A stretch of DNA of 53,148 nt, taken from IMG/VR virus record IMGVR_UViG_3300037755_000177, positions 1 through 53,148 of that record. One strand, 5' to 3'. The position numbers were made by a program, and so were the translations under genes. Position 1 is the stretch's first letter, and each line of letters begins with the position of its first letter. This DNA is from a virus. Its lineage: Duplodnaviria > Caudoviricetes. The notes below the pieces were generated by a model, which saw nothing but the letters and a program-made list of their open reading frames with translations, searched no databases and was not told the DNA's origin. Positions 17,851-26,947 of this stretch are shown here, piece by piece.

Positions 17851-18185
17851 TCCGCTCCAATAAGTTCACGCCATGCAGGTTCATTGTTCACTGAAAGCTC
17901 AAGCCAGTTATCGAGCCAGCGCGCCAAATCGCGGTTCACCGAGTACCCCTGACTTTCAATGAGCGCATGGACAGCGCGTGCGATTGTCAGCGTTACGTCC
18001 GCCATCGTTCCGTCGCGCGGGGATAGTTCGTAAATTGCTTCGATGCCCCAGATGTGCCCGTAGAGGATATTCCGCACGATCTGTTCGGGCGTGCCGACGA
18101 CCGGATCACCCTCGCCAAGCGCAAGCAGGAACGGACCTGGACCGGGTAATTCAGTAGGAAGGGGGAGGCTTGCGGGAGCGGTCAT
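17847..18185 (-). CDS. Hypothetical protein
   Basis: GGAGG RBS, ATGA coupling. Confidence 0.5.
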   Translation of the reverse strand: MTAPASLPLPTELPGPGPFLLALGEGDPVVGTPEQIVRNILYGHIWGIEAIYELSPRDGTMADVTLTIARAVHALIESQGYSVNRDLARWLDNWLELSVNNEPAWRELIGAE

Positions 18186-18367
18186 TTCAAATCCTCCAGC
18201 AAAGCTCGCCATGCGTCGTAGTGGCCAAATGAAATGCACAATTCGCGCGGCTTGTTATCGACGACGCTCCAGCCGTCACCCGTCTTGAATTCATACAATT
18301 CCTCATACCGGGCCATGTTGGATTCGAGTAGTTGGCGCAGAGATTTCTTGCTGAACCGAACGGTCAT
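18182..18367 (-). CDS. Hypothetical protein
   Basis: Coupled ORF in the early arm. Confidence 0.45.
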   Translation of the reverse strand: MTVRFSKKSLRQLLESNMARYEELYEFKTGDGWSVVDNKPRELCISFGHYDAWRALLEDLK

Positions 18368-18418
18368 GGCGGGCACCTTACTAGGCAGCGGGAGCGTTGC
18401 TATGCGGGTCGTCATCAC

Positions 18419-18814
18419 TCACTCCTGTTCCGAATACGAATAGCCTTGAGCGACGAGGGCAGCGCGGAGTTCTTTGCGTTCATCTTCCCAGCTTGGGCCT
18501 ACATACGGTCGGCCTCGAATATGCATTTCCGCAAAGAGGCTTTTTGTGGCGTCGTCAATCGCATCCAGAATTGCATCGAGCGCCACTGCCGCCTCTGCTG
18601 TTCGCTTACTGCCAGCGAGGAAGCGTGCGTTGGCGTTAATCTGTTTCTGTGTCCGTGTCTCAGACGGTATTGGCATCCGGGCCACGTCAATGCCGGTTAT
18701 GCCGCCGCTTGGCCCGTTCACGCGCGAGACGATGGAAATTGCGTCGTTATCTTCATCGACGTAAGCGCCCCAATCCCCGTCAGTAGTTTTCGGCGCTATC
18801 AATCTCTTTGTCAT
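18419..18814 (-). CDS. Hypothetical protein
   Basis: 'NANARFLA' phage early-protein pattern. Confidence 0.55.
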   Translation of the reverse strand: MTKRLIAPKTTDGDWGAYVDEDNDAISIVSRVNGPSGGITGIDVARMPIPSETRTQKQINANARFLAGSKRTAEAAVALDAILDAIDDATKSLFAEMHIRGRPYVGPSWEDERKELRAALVAQGYSYSEQE

Positions 18815-18883
18815 TGTCTGTCACTCTCAGGGTGTAGAAGTAGGTTGGGACTATTTTCTCTCAGACTGTAGGAACGGCCTTCA

Positions 18884-19087
18884 TTATTTTTCCGCCGTGC
18901 CGGGAGCTTTTGTCGGCTTGGGCGGGAGTTCAATTTCTGGACACGGCTCGTCGTGGCATGCGTCCCATTCCGCTCGCGCGTTATTCCGTTCGATCAGCCG
19001 GTCATTGCAGTCGCGGCAGTTGTCCGACTCCCAATCGTCGATCACTTCGACATCGCGCTTCCGACAAATTCGACAGAGCGTGCTCAT
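18884..19087 (-). CDS. Zn-finger-like small protein
   Basis: CxxC...CxxC. Confidence 0.55.
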   Translation of the reverse strand: MSTLCRICRKRDVEVIDDWESDNCRDCNDRLIERNNARAEWDACHDEPCPEIELPPKPTKAPGTAEK

Positions 19088-19307
19088 GGCTGGCTCCATC
19101 GAGCAAAGCGTGTTGGTGTCGCGCGGTGCGTTAGAATGATGTCTCGGCGCTCACGAACCGTCTGCATGATTGCGGCGTCACCGTCATTCGGAGTGGCGGT
19201 CGTGGCAAAATCCCAAACGAGGTCCATCAGCGCCGCCTTGCTCATTTTCTCGACTTCGCTCCGGTATTCTCCGGGACGAAAATCGGAGGCTGATTTTTCA
19301 AGTTCAT
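19084..19307 (-). pseudogene. Probably frameshifted small gene
   Basis: RBS and ATG at 19307 give a 21-aa ORF; another frame (GEYRSEVEKMSKAALMDLVWDF...) continues to an ATGA junction at 19084. Confidence 0.35.
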
Positions 19308-19427
19308 CGCTCTCTCCAAAACTTGTTCTGCGCTTAAGTAATTTCTCAGGCCGTTCGGGTTATTGAAGCGCTGCTAGTCCACTATCTTCTCCCCACGATA
19401 CAGACGCCCCGTATGGCTCTTGGGTGA

Positions 19428-19889
19428 TTAGGCGGGCATTGCTTTTCCAGCGACGAAATCACGAATGCGCTTGGCGACGGCAAGTTCGCCAACACGTCCA
19501 CTTTGTTTGCGTCTGGGATACTTTGCGGCCACGAACAAGAAATTGAATTCTTCCGAACTCAAATCGCCGTCCTCGTCAGGCTCGCCCAGCCCGAAGAATC
19601 GATTGACTGCTTCTTCGCCGGTAAATTCACCGAACGATGGAACGAAATGGTTGCCGTCGTAATTGCCCGTGATATAGGTCAGACCCGAGCGCTTGAATTC
19701 ACCGGAGATACAGGCGAGGCCGACTGCGCACGCCATGGTGCCGCAGTTAACTGGAATCGCTTCCGGAAAATCTTCGGGCGAGGCTACCAACTTTCCCCAA
19801 AGCTTGAGATTGAACTTGATCCCTTTCGGATTGTTCGCGTCCGCTTCGAGCAGATCGGCCAGTTTCAAAAGTCTGCGTTTGTTCATCAT
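19428..19889 (-). CDS. Hypothetical protein
   Basis: 'RLLKLADLLE...FNL..W...CGTMACAVG' widespread phage family. Confidence 0.6.
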   Translation of the reverse strand: MMNKRRLLKLADLLEADANNPKGIKFNLKLWGKLVASPEDFPEAIPVNCGTMACAVGLACISGEFKRSGLTYITGNYDGNHFVPSFGEFTGEEAVNRFFGLGEPDEDGDLSSEEFNFLFVAAKYPRRKQSGRVGELAVAKRIRDFVAGKAMPA

Positions 19890-19911
19890 CCCACCCTTCC
19901 ATTGTCTGTGA

Positions 19912-19933
19912 GAGAGCCCCGTAGGGCTCCCTC
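19912..19933 (-). terminator. Hairpin downstream of the ParB-like pair
   Basis: GAGGGAGCCC-TACG-GGGCTCTC on the minus strand; weak U tract. Confidence 0.4.
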
Positions 19934-19940
19934 GGTGAAT

Positions 19941-20765
19941 TTATTTCACGCTCAAGTCAGGAAACATTTCTCGCTTCTCGCCTTGATGCTTCCAGTTCAG
20001 GACTTGGATTTTCTGCCCGCGATGCGCGGCGTTTGTCGCCTTAATCATGTTGGCGATGCTAACGATGGGCTCCTTGCGCTTGTGATGATCGCTCAGAAAA
20101 TACGCACGCAATCGAAAGAATGGGTCTGTCACGGCAACGCCAGCCGGGTTTTCCAGCGTGGTCATCATGCGCTCGGCAAGATCGGGGTTACGGTTTGTCA
20201 GGACGTAGTAGAAAAATCCGATGATGCTCGGGTTGCCGACATTGCGGACTTGATGCGCGCGTTCGACGGCACGGATGATGCCAGGGTGAGCGGCATAGGC
20301 CGCTTCAATGTCAGAGTTTTCGACGCGAAACTGCGGGGCTTTGTAATCCTCGATGGCGTTGCGCTGCCAACGAACAAGCCATTGCAGGGCGGCGGCTGCG
20401 GTCGCGCGATAGTGCGTAGCGCCATTGAGAGCGAGAACGTCCGAGCCGGAGCGCGGCTTCCGTAGCGTGTCAATCGTGGCGAAGGCTTCGCGCTCGATGT
20501 TGCGAACCAGAATTGTATCGACCGGCTTCTTGGCTTCGATGACGGCCCACAAACGATGCTGACCGTCGAGAACGTCGCCGGTTTCGGCAACCTTAATCGT
20601 GTCGCCGTTAAAGCGCCACTTGCCGTCAAGAATTTGCTTCGCGATTCGTTCGACGTGCGGCTGGCTCAAGGGGCGGTTGAGCGTGTTATGCTCAAGCAAT
20701 TCCGCCGCAAGCGTCGGCGTGAGCGTAATAATTTCAGGACGCTTCTGCTTCATTGGTCCATGCAT
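19941..20765 (-). CDS. ParB/Srx-fold protein with DGQHR motif
   Basis: 'NRPL...V...LDGQHRLWA'. Confidence 0.7.
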   Translation of the reverse strand: MHGPMKQKRPEIITLTPTLAAELLEHNTLNRPLSQPHVERIAKQILDGKWRFNGDTIKVAETGDVLDGQHRLWAVIEAKKPVDTILVRNIEREAFATIDTLRKPRSGSDVLALNGATHYRATAAAALQWLVRWQRNAIEDYKAPQFRVENSDIEAAYAAHPGIIRAVERAHQVRNVGNPSIIGFFYYVLTNRNPDLAERMMTTLENPAGVAVTDPFFRLRAYFLSDHHKRKEPIVSIANMIKATNAAHRGQKIQVLNWKHQGEKREMFPDLSVK

Positions 20766-21522
20766 CTGAAAAATCCTTTAGCCATTGGATGGAACGCGCG
20801 AGCTTGTCATCGACCAGACCAGTACGGTCTGCGGCTCGCGCGATAGCGACGACTTCGGAGGGAAGGGGAAGGCTTGTCAGGTGACAGAGTGCTTCGCGGA
20901 CGTGGCCCCAGATTTCCGCGTTGATTTGTCGGCGTTGAATTCGTTCGGGGTTCTTCCCGGCATCACGAATTGACTCTCGTTTGGGGGGTTTTGGTTTCTT
21001 GGCAATAATTTTTCGTGCAGTTGTGCTGACAGCGGCTACGCCGCCTTCAACTGCTTTGATTTCTTCTGGGGAGCCCTCGCGATAAACCGCTTTTGCGGCT
21101 ATAACTGTTGACTCGCCTACGTTAAGTAGTTCTGCCGCTTCGCGGTTTGTGGTGGATAGTTTAATCTGTTGATCGAGGGTCGATGGGTAGGCCCCACCCG
21201 GTCGCAAACTATCCTCGCGCTTACGTGTTGCCAGCTTCGCCGCGATCATCGCCCGCTGACTTTCGTTCAGGTGACGGCGATGCAAGTTCTTGGAGACGAC
21301 ATAGGCTTGCGCCGTGCCGTCTTGGTCCCAATCTTCGGTAGTCGGCTCGCGACCGGCTTCCATGCAGGCGCGGTAGCGGTTTCGACCGTCGAGGATTTTC
21401 CCCTCGTGAAGAACAACCGGCTCGCGCTGGCCATGTTCGCGAATGTCGGCCACGAGCGCATCGAACTCCGCGCCGTTCATGAGCGGAAAAAGGTCTGCTA
21501 GAGGGTGAAATTCGAGGTTCAA
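20734..21522 (-). CDS. ParB N-terminal-domain protein with HTH
   Basis: 'HPLADLFPLM...L..DI..HG.REP...ILDGRNRYRAC...SKNLHRRHL...REAAELLNV'. Confidence 0.75.
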   Translation of the reverse strand: MNLEFHPLADLFPLMNGAEFDALVADIREHGQREPVVLHEGKILDGRNRYRACMEAGREPTTEDWDQDGTAQAYVVSKNLHRRHLNESQRAMIAAKLATRKREDSLRPGGAYPSTLDQQIKLSTTNREAAELLNVGESTVIAAKAVYREGSPEEIKAVEGGVAAVSTTARKIIAKKPKPPKRESIRDAGKNPERIQRRQINAEIWGHVREALCHLTSLPLPSEVVAIARAADRTGLVDDKLARSIQWLKDFSDAWTNEAEAS

Positions 21523-21549
21523 AGCATCCTCCTTTAGAAGATGCCTATC

Positions 21550-21600
21550 GTTGCCATAACGGCAACACAGTCGTCAAGCGAAAAGTGCCAAGTTGGCAAC
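21550..21600 (-). promoter_or_regulatory. Left operator/promoter (OL/PL-like)
   Basis: GTTGCC-N5-GGCAAC at 21550-21566, near-copy at 21584-21600; CTTGAC -35 on the minus strand. Confidence 0.75.
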
Positions 21601-21664
21601 AATTTTTATATGCGTGTTACCGCAATGGCTTATGGTGGCGTTAAACGTGAAACCTAGATTCGGG

Positions 21665-21991
21665 CTAGGAGGCGCGCTTTTTCAGGCGCTCGGCAAATTC
21701 CACAACATCGCCGTGGATATCGTCCGGCAGGTCTTTGGTGATGGCGTCGATGCTGCGCCGGGAAGGGGGCCTATAGAAGTCCTGGGGCTCCAATTCGAGC
21801 ACAGAGGCCAGTAGAGCGACTTTTTCGGGGTTGAGGCGGCTTTGATAGGTGTACCACTTCCAAACCGTCTCACGGGCCACGCCAGCGCGATTGGCGACCT
21901 GTTCATCCGACAGGCCCTTCGCCTCGATCCATTCCTTGACGTAAAGGTGGGCCTTCCGTCGCCGCCCGATCCCGACAGGTCTTGTTGCCAT
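21665..21991 (-). CDS. CI-like repressor (XRE HTH, no peptidase domain)
   Basis: 'KGLSDEQVANRAGVARETVWKW'; divergent from cro; flanked by operators. Confidence 0.8.
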   Translation of the reverse strand: MATRPVGIGRRRKAHLYVKEWIEAKGLSDEQVANRAGVARETVWKWYTYQSRLNPEKVALLASVLELEPQDFYRPPSRRSIDAITKDLPDDIHGDVVEFAERLKKRAS

Positions 21992-22077
21992 GCTGGTACT
22001 ATAGCCGCAGCGCAACATTAAATCTCTTGCCAATACGGCAACAAGGCCCTTGACAGCACCGTTGCCGATATGGCAAC
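21984..22077 (+). promoter_or_regulatory. Right operator/promoter (OR/PR-like)
   Basis: Palindromes at 22061-22077 (perfect), 22026-22042 and 21984-22000; TTGACA at 22050. Confidence 0.75.
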
Positions 22078-22086
22078 AGAAAAGGC

Positions 22087-22317
22087 ATGGCAACTGTCCA
22101 TCCCTTAACCGAATTTCGGCTCGCGCAGGACCCGCCTTGGTCGCGCGCCAAACTGGCCGAAGCTCTCAATGTGTCGCGGCCCGCTGTATTTCGCTGGGAA
22201 AAGGGCGACCGTAAGATTGACGCTGAATTGGTTCCTACGATCAGCGAGATAACCGGCATCCCCGCGCGCGTGCTTCGCCCCGATCTCGTTGAACTTCTTG
22301 GCGAGGCCGCGCAATGA
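22087..22317 (+). CDS. Cro-like HTH protein
   Basis: 'SRAKLAEALNVSRPAVFRWE...LRPDL'. Confidence 0.85.
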   Translation: MATVHPLTEFRLAQDPPWSRAKLAEALNVSRPAVFRWEKGDRKIDAELVPTISEITGIPARVLRPDLVELLGEAAQ

Positions 22318-22319
22318 CC

Positions 22320-22577
22320 TCACACCAGCCGCAAGCCTTCCGCTGCATTGATCGCCCGCGTAAATTCCGCGCGGATGCGTTCGGTAGCCGTGACGGGACG
22401 TGCGAACCGGCAAATACCGATACGCTCGAAAAGCCCGGTGGCCGGATTCTTGCGGTACTCGACCGCGACGGCGCGCAAGATATTTCCGATCACAGCGGCA
22501 TTCACGATGTCGTCGTAAAACACCGTTTGCAGGCTGGTGTCGTCGATAAACAGTTCCGGGTGAATCGCTCGGTGCAT
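22320..22577 (-). CDS. Antisense hypothetical protein after cro
   Basis: Protein-like composition; convergent with cro. Confidence 0.4.
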   Translation of the reverse strand: MHRAIHPELFIDDTSLQTVFYDDIVNAAVIGNILRAVAVEYRKNPATGLFERIGICRFARPVTATERIRAEFTRAINAAEGLRLV

Positions 22578-22848
22578 GAGTACAACCCCCTAGGAGTCTC
22601 CCCAGTCCTAGAGTTGTACGCCTTACGAACTCGCGCGGCGATAGATCGAATTGGTTACGCCCGTAAGTCACCTCAAGCACGCCTTCGTGATTTTGCTTAC
22701 GTAGAAACACGTACTGAACGACAGCAATCATTACATATCGAACGCGCGGCTTCTGTCCTCCCCAGGCTGGCCGCGTCAGCGGCGCTCCCGTTTCCTCGCA
22801 CGGTTGAGCGCCGCGCAAATTCCAAGCCCACCAACCAAGGAGAAGACA

Positions 22849-23142
22849 ATGGCAGACTATTCTGGCGGACTGCAAGGCGGGATGAATGCTGCCGTGGCAG
22901 TGAAGGAAAGTTCGCTCATGGAAACGAGCGGCTCGCTTTCGGCTCAAGCAAACGATTTGCTGAACGCGCTTCAACATGTCGAAGATCATTTGAGCGGCGG
23001 GAAGCCGCACGATGTTTCGGGCAAACTTGCAGGCGGGCCACAACCCACGCCCGTACTGGCGGCACAGCTTCGCGACACGTCCTATGTCCTGCGGCAGGCA
23101 TTCGAGACTGTGCAGCGGATCAAGAACGGCATCGGCATTTAA
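22849..23142 (+). CDS. Hypothetical protein
   Basis: AAGGAG RBS before ATG 22849. Confidence 0.55.
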   Translation: MADYSGGLQGGMNAAVAVKESSLMETSGSLSAQANDLLNALQHVEDHLSGGKPHDVSGKLAGGPQPTPVLAAQLRDTSYVLRQAFETVQRIKNGIGI

Positions 23143-23446
23143 CCAATTCAATTCACGCCTTCGGGCGTGGAGTCTCGCGGCGGCGTGGAAAGCAGACACG
23201 CACGGTATGCGGCCAGCCGAGCAACGCATTAGGTTGCGAAACTCGCGAAATGGCGAGTGCACCGCCGACGGAAGCTGGAGCCGGATTAGCGCCCGGCCCG
23301 CGAGACAATTCATTCCGGCGCGTCCTCGGCTGGCCCAATTCTGACCAACAATTCCAATCCCGCAATCGCGGACGCAAAACCAGCCGCGAAGGCGAGGAAT
23401 ATAATCAGAATAATCCAGCCGTACATTTTCAAACCTTGGTGGCGTC

Positions 23447-23866
23447 ATGACAATTTCCATGCGCAACCATGCCAATGCTACAGCCGGGATGGCAAATACA
23501 GGCCACGAAATAAATTGCGACGACAACCGCAATAAGTTGCGGACGATTGATTCGGTTATGCGCGTGGCGCGTAGCTTGTGGCCGCGCAAGACAGCGACGG
23601 AATTGTCAATCAAATCGGGTGCTTCTCAACGTGCCTGCGAATACTGGCTGGCCCGCAAGTTCGACATGAACGCCGACGCGCTGGCTGCACTTTTGCAGAG
23701 CGATGACGGCTTTCATTTTCTCGAAGCGATCATGGGCGAGGCACGTCCTGTCTGGTGGCGCATGTTCAAGCGCCGGATGCAGCGCGCCCAGACCCGCAAG
23801 GATTTTCTGGCGTTGCAGAAACGGCAAATGGAGTTGGATTTAGAAGACGCGGCGGACACCGAGTAG
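23447..23866 (+). CDS. CII-like HTH regulator
   Basis: 'WPRKTATELS..SGAS.RACEYWL'; position after cro. Confidence 0.55.
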   Translation: MTISMRNHANATAGMANTGHEINCDDNRNKLRTIDSVMRVARSLWPRKTATELSIKSGASQRACEYWLARKFDMNADALAALLQSDDGFHFLEAIMGEARPVWWRMFKRRMQRAQTRKDFLALQKRQMELDLEDAADTE

Positions 23867-24148
23867 TTCCAATAGTGCGGCGGCGTGCGCTTCACGCCAT
23901 CGGGTTAACAGGCCAGAGCCCGATTATGCGGCAGTTTTTAGCTGACAGAGCGGAATGGATCGCGAACGCTCACATGCGTTGCGCGGCGACGTGGTTTGCC
24001 ATTTCCGATTGGATCGAAGGCGACGGCTCACTACCAGCCATTGCGAAAGCATGGAGGGGGCGATGACGCTCACCCTAATTCTCATCTGGTTAGAAATCTC
24101 AATTCTACTCGGCCTGTATTTAGGTCCTGTCATGGGGAGGGCGGGGAG

Positions 24149-24403
24149 ATGAGTACCGTCTGTGAACAGGTGATTATTTCCATCGTGTCGGACATTCACG
24201 CCAAGGACGGAACGATAGCAGCCGTTCAAGCCATCGACGACATGATGGACGGTTTGATCCGCTACCGGCGAATGCTGACGGGATTCCGCGAGACGGCGGA
24301 GCATCTTGATTGGCGCGCGCATTGCGACGCTTCGGTCATGGCGGAAGCGATCTCGCGACAAACTAAATACGGCTGGTACGAAGAACCAAAGCGGAGTGCG
24401 TAA
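24149..24403 (+). CDS. Hypothetical protein
   Basis: Coupled ORF. Confidence 0.45.
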   Translation: MSTVCEQVIISIVSDIHAKDGTIAAVQAIDDMMDGLIRYRRMLTGFRETAEHLDWRAHCDASVMAEAISRQTKYGWYEEPKRSA

Positions 24404-24916
24404 ATGAGTTGGGAAAATCTAGCTCGCGTTGAAGCCGTCGAATGCCGGACTGCGAACGGCGTCCGCGCTCTGGCTAGGCGTTATACAAGGTTACCCACAG
24501 TCCCGATTGTCAGGTTCAAGCGGCCCGAACCTGAAATTCCGGTCCCGCGAATTGTCATTCCCGCGCCTTGCAGCGAGCCCTTCTGTCACCGCGCTATCGC
24601 CAAAATGTGGGTAAGGCCCGGACCTATGGCCGTCACGATACCGGCGATCAACCGGGCCGTCTGCAAGCATTACAACGTGACCCTGACTGACCTGCATTTG
24701 CATTCAAGGACCGTGCGGCTGGTTCGTCCCCGGCAGGTCGCCATGTTTCTCGCGCGCACGTACACGAAAAATTCGTTCCCGGAAATCGGCAGACGAATGG
24801 GTGGCAAGGATCACACGTCCGTTTTCTACGCAGTCAGGAAGATATCAGAATTATCCATGATCGACCCTGTTCTTTCCCGCGATCTGGACGAACTGCGGGG
24901 AGTGCTTGGGGTATGA
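24404..24916 (+). CDS. DnaA C-terminal-HTH-domain protein
   Basis: 'RPRQVAMFLAR..T..SFPEIGR..GGKDHTSV.YAVRKI'. Confidence 0.85.
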   Translation: MSWENLARVEAVECRTANGVRALARRYTRLPTVPIVRFKRPEPEIPVPRIVIPAPCSEPFCHRAIAKMWVRPGPMAVTIPAINRAVCKHYNVTLTDLHLHSRTVRLVRPRQVAMFLARTYTKNSFPEIGRRMGGKDHTSVFYAVRKISELSMIDPVLSRDLDELRGVLGV

Positions 24917-25122
24917 GCCGTTCACGCTGCGCATGGTGCGGCAATCGCATTTCGCAATTCGAAATTGCCGAACACCAGCCTGAATGCCGTTGGAGGCGTC
25001 TGGGACGCATAACAAATTGGGCGCGCGCCGCTTCTGAAAGCCGGGAGCGCAGCGGCATTCCTAGTTTTGCTGATCCTCCCTTCGCAGTCGCACCAGACAA
25101 GCCGCAAGGAAGCGTAGTGTGA
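24913..25122 (+). CDS. Small Cys/His protein
   Basis: CxxC...H..C; ATGA coupling. Confidence 0.45.
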   Translation: MSRSRCAWCGNRISQFEIAEHQPECRWRRLGRITNWARAASESRERSGIPSFADPPFAVAPDKPQGSVV

Positions 25123-25796
25123 CTATGGCTGAACTGATCCGACGAATGACTGATCTTGGGGCAACGCCGCCTCTGATCTCGTTCGTCGTTGAAGCAGTCG
25201 AGGAAATGTCCGGGACAAGTCCGGGACAGGTCCGGGACATCATCAGAAAATATGAGCGGGACCGCAGACTAAAATCACGCAAGAAAGCCAACAAAACCAA
25301 GGGGAGCGCGGAAGCAAACGATGCCGCGCCAGCGCCCGAAAATGTCCCGGACATTCGGCCCAACAGCCGAATTGCGTCTTGTGACCTTTCTTCCCTTCCT
25401 TCCTTACTTCCTGAAGAAGCTACCGAGAAAGTAAGAAAGAAAAGTAGAGGGGATACGCGCGCGCGAGGCACGCGGCTGCCAGCCGATTGGCAACCGAGTG
25501 AAGCTGATCGCCAGTACGCGATTGACCGAGGCGTAAACCCGGACGAACTCCGCGACGAATTTGTTGATTATTGGACAGGCGTACCCGGCCAACGCGGGTT
25601 CAAGCTGAATTGGCCGGGCACATGGCGCAACCGCGTTCGCGATGTTGCTGGAAAAGGAAAACAGCATGTCTACCGAAATGGTTCGGCCCCCCGAACAGAC
25701 CTCCAACGTGCTCTCGATAAGGCCCGCGAATACGCTCGAACTGGCGATCAGGAACACACTTCCATTCCCGAAGACGAGCCTGCCAACCGCCACTGA
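25119..25796 (+). CDS. Replication initiator (O/DnaT-like)
   Basis: 'RGTRLPADWQPS...EFVDYW...W..TWRN'; internal iterons. Confidence 0.7.
   Translation: MTMAELIRRMTDLGATPPLISFVVEAVEEMSGTSPGQVRDIIRKYERDRRLKSRKKANKTKGSAEANDAAPAPENVPDIRPNSRIASCDLSSLPSLLPEEATEKVRKKSRGDTRARGTRLPADWQPSEADRQYAIDRGVNPDELRDEFVDYWTGVPGQRGFKLNWPGTWRNRVRDVAGKGKQHVYRNGSAPRTDLQRALDKAREYARTGDQEHTSIPEDEPANRH
25208..25352. repeat. Iterons of the replication origin
   Basis: GTCCGGGACA at 25208, 25219 and 25230 (11-bp period); inverted copy at 25343. Confidence 0.75.
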
Positions 25797-26277
25797 GGCG
25801 GTGACGAGGATTATCGGCTGTTACCCGAACGGGAAGCCATCGGATTCGGAAACCTATATTTCCGCGCTGGTCGCGGTGCTTGCCGGTTATCCGCCTGAGA
25901 TTGTAGCGCGGGTATCTGATCCGGTTCGCGGTGTCGTGAGTAAGTCGAAGTTCCTGCCGACCGTTGCGGAATTAACCGACGCTTGCGAGGCCGATATGGA
26001 TCCGCTTCGCCGTCGATGGCGGGAAATAAAGGAACAGCGCGAGTCGGAGGAAAAGCGCCGGTTGGTTGTCACGGACGAGGGGGCAAAGAAGCGTGTCGCG
26101 GAGTCGATGGAAAAGCTATCGGTCGAATTGAAAGCCGCGCCCGATCCTGTGCCGCCCAAGCGCGACGGCACGGCCCCGGTTGGCACGTCTGCGGGCGGTG
26201 CGGTTGCCAAGGTCATTGCCGAGATAGCGGCCAAGAAGGCAAGCCGTACAGACCTTGAGGGTGTTGGTAATGGATAG
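25666..26277 (+). CDS. Helicase-loader/P-like replication protein
   Basis: 'Y...L...L..YP...FLPTVAEL...C' after the initiator. Confidence 0.55.
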   Translation: MSTEMVRPPEQTSNVLSIRPANTLELAIRNTLPFPKTSLPTATEAVTRIIGCYPNGKPSDSETYISALVAVLAGYPPEIVARVSDPVRGVVSKSKFLPTVAELTDACEADMDPLRRRWREIKEQRESEEKRRLVVTDEGAKKRVAESMEKLSVELKAAPDPVPPKRDGTAPVGTSAGGAVAKVIAEIAAKKASRTDLEGVGNG

Positions 26278-26288
26278 AAATGATTTTG

Positions 26289-26914
26289 GGACTATGACCG
26301 ATCATCGAACCGATAGCGCCATCAGTACGCCAATTGGAGAGCAAGGTGCGAGTATTACGCACGATGGACTCGCTTCTATGCTCGCGAAGCGGCTTAACTC
26401 TGGTTCGTTCTGTCATCGGGTGACGTGGGAAAATTTGGAGTTTAGCAATTGGAGCGAGCCAGAGACAGGTTTTCGTTGTCGCCCAGACGTGTTTTCTATT
26501 TTTCCTACTCTCGACGTAACGAAATGCCGTCCGTGGGCGCACGAAATTAAAATCAGCCGGGCCGACTTTCTGAGAGATGTTCGTAGTGGAAAATGGAAAA
26601 GCTATACGCGGTTTTCGTCGCGCGTTTTCTTTGCAGCGCCTATTGGCTTGATTCAGCCATCGGAAGTTCCTGATGGTGCGGGCCTATGGGAATTTGATGC
26701 AAGTAAACCTGATTTGTCTCTCCAATGGGAGATGAGGAAGCCTGCAAAATACTGCAAAGGATGGACGCTTCCCCCGCGCCATCTAATGAAACTGATTTTA
26801 GGGCGTTGGGGCACATATCAGGGTCAGTTGCCCGCACCGACGAGCGAAGCACGGACTAACGGCACGGGGCTAACGTACTGAAGAAAGATAAACAGCCAAG
26901 CACGCTGCTAGTCC
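26289..26914. mobile_element. Candidate gene cassette with inverted GGACTA(T/G)-N26-TCAGTAC ends
   Basis: Same motif with identical spacing at both ends, inverted. Confidence 0.5.
26294..26881 (+). CDS. MmcB-like PD-(D/E)XK nuclease
   Basis: 'RPDV...HEIKISRADFLRD...KW..Y...FAAP'. Confidence 0.7.
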   Translation: MTDHRTDSAISTPIGEQGASITHDGLASMLAKRLNSGSFCHRVTWENLEFSNWSEPETGFRCRPDVFSIFPTLDVTKCRPWAHEIKISRADFLRDVRSGKWKSYTRFSSRVFFAAPIGLIQPSEVPDGAGLWEFDASKPDLSLQWEMRKPAKYCKGWTLPPRHLMKLILGRWGTYQGQLPAPTSEARTNGTGLTY

Positions 26915-26947
26915 CCAACTCCAATCTCAATACGAGGCAGAAAGAGA

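Larger units (their letters stand above)
18848..19380. mobile_element. Candidate gene cassette bounded by inverted GGACTA sites
   Basis: GGACTAT at 18848, GCTGCTAGTCC ending 19380; holds two small genes. Confidence 0.45.

Noticed and set aside
22105-23613. Long ORFs 22105-23613(-) and 22314-23450(+)
   Set aside because: Arg/Pro-rich, no recognisable motifs, and they overlap better-supported genes; likely GC-rich shadow frames
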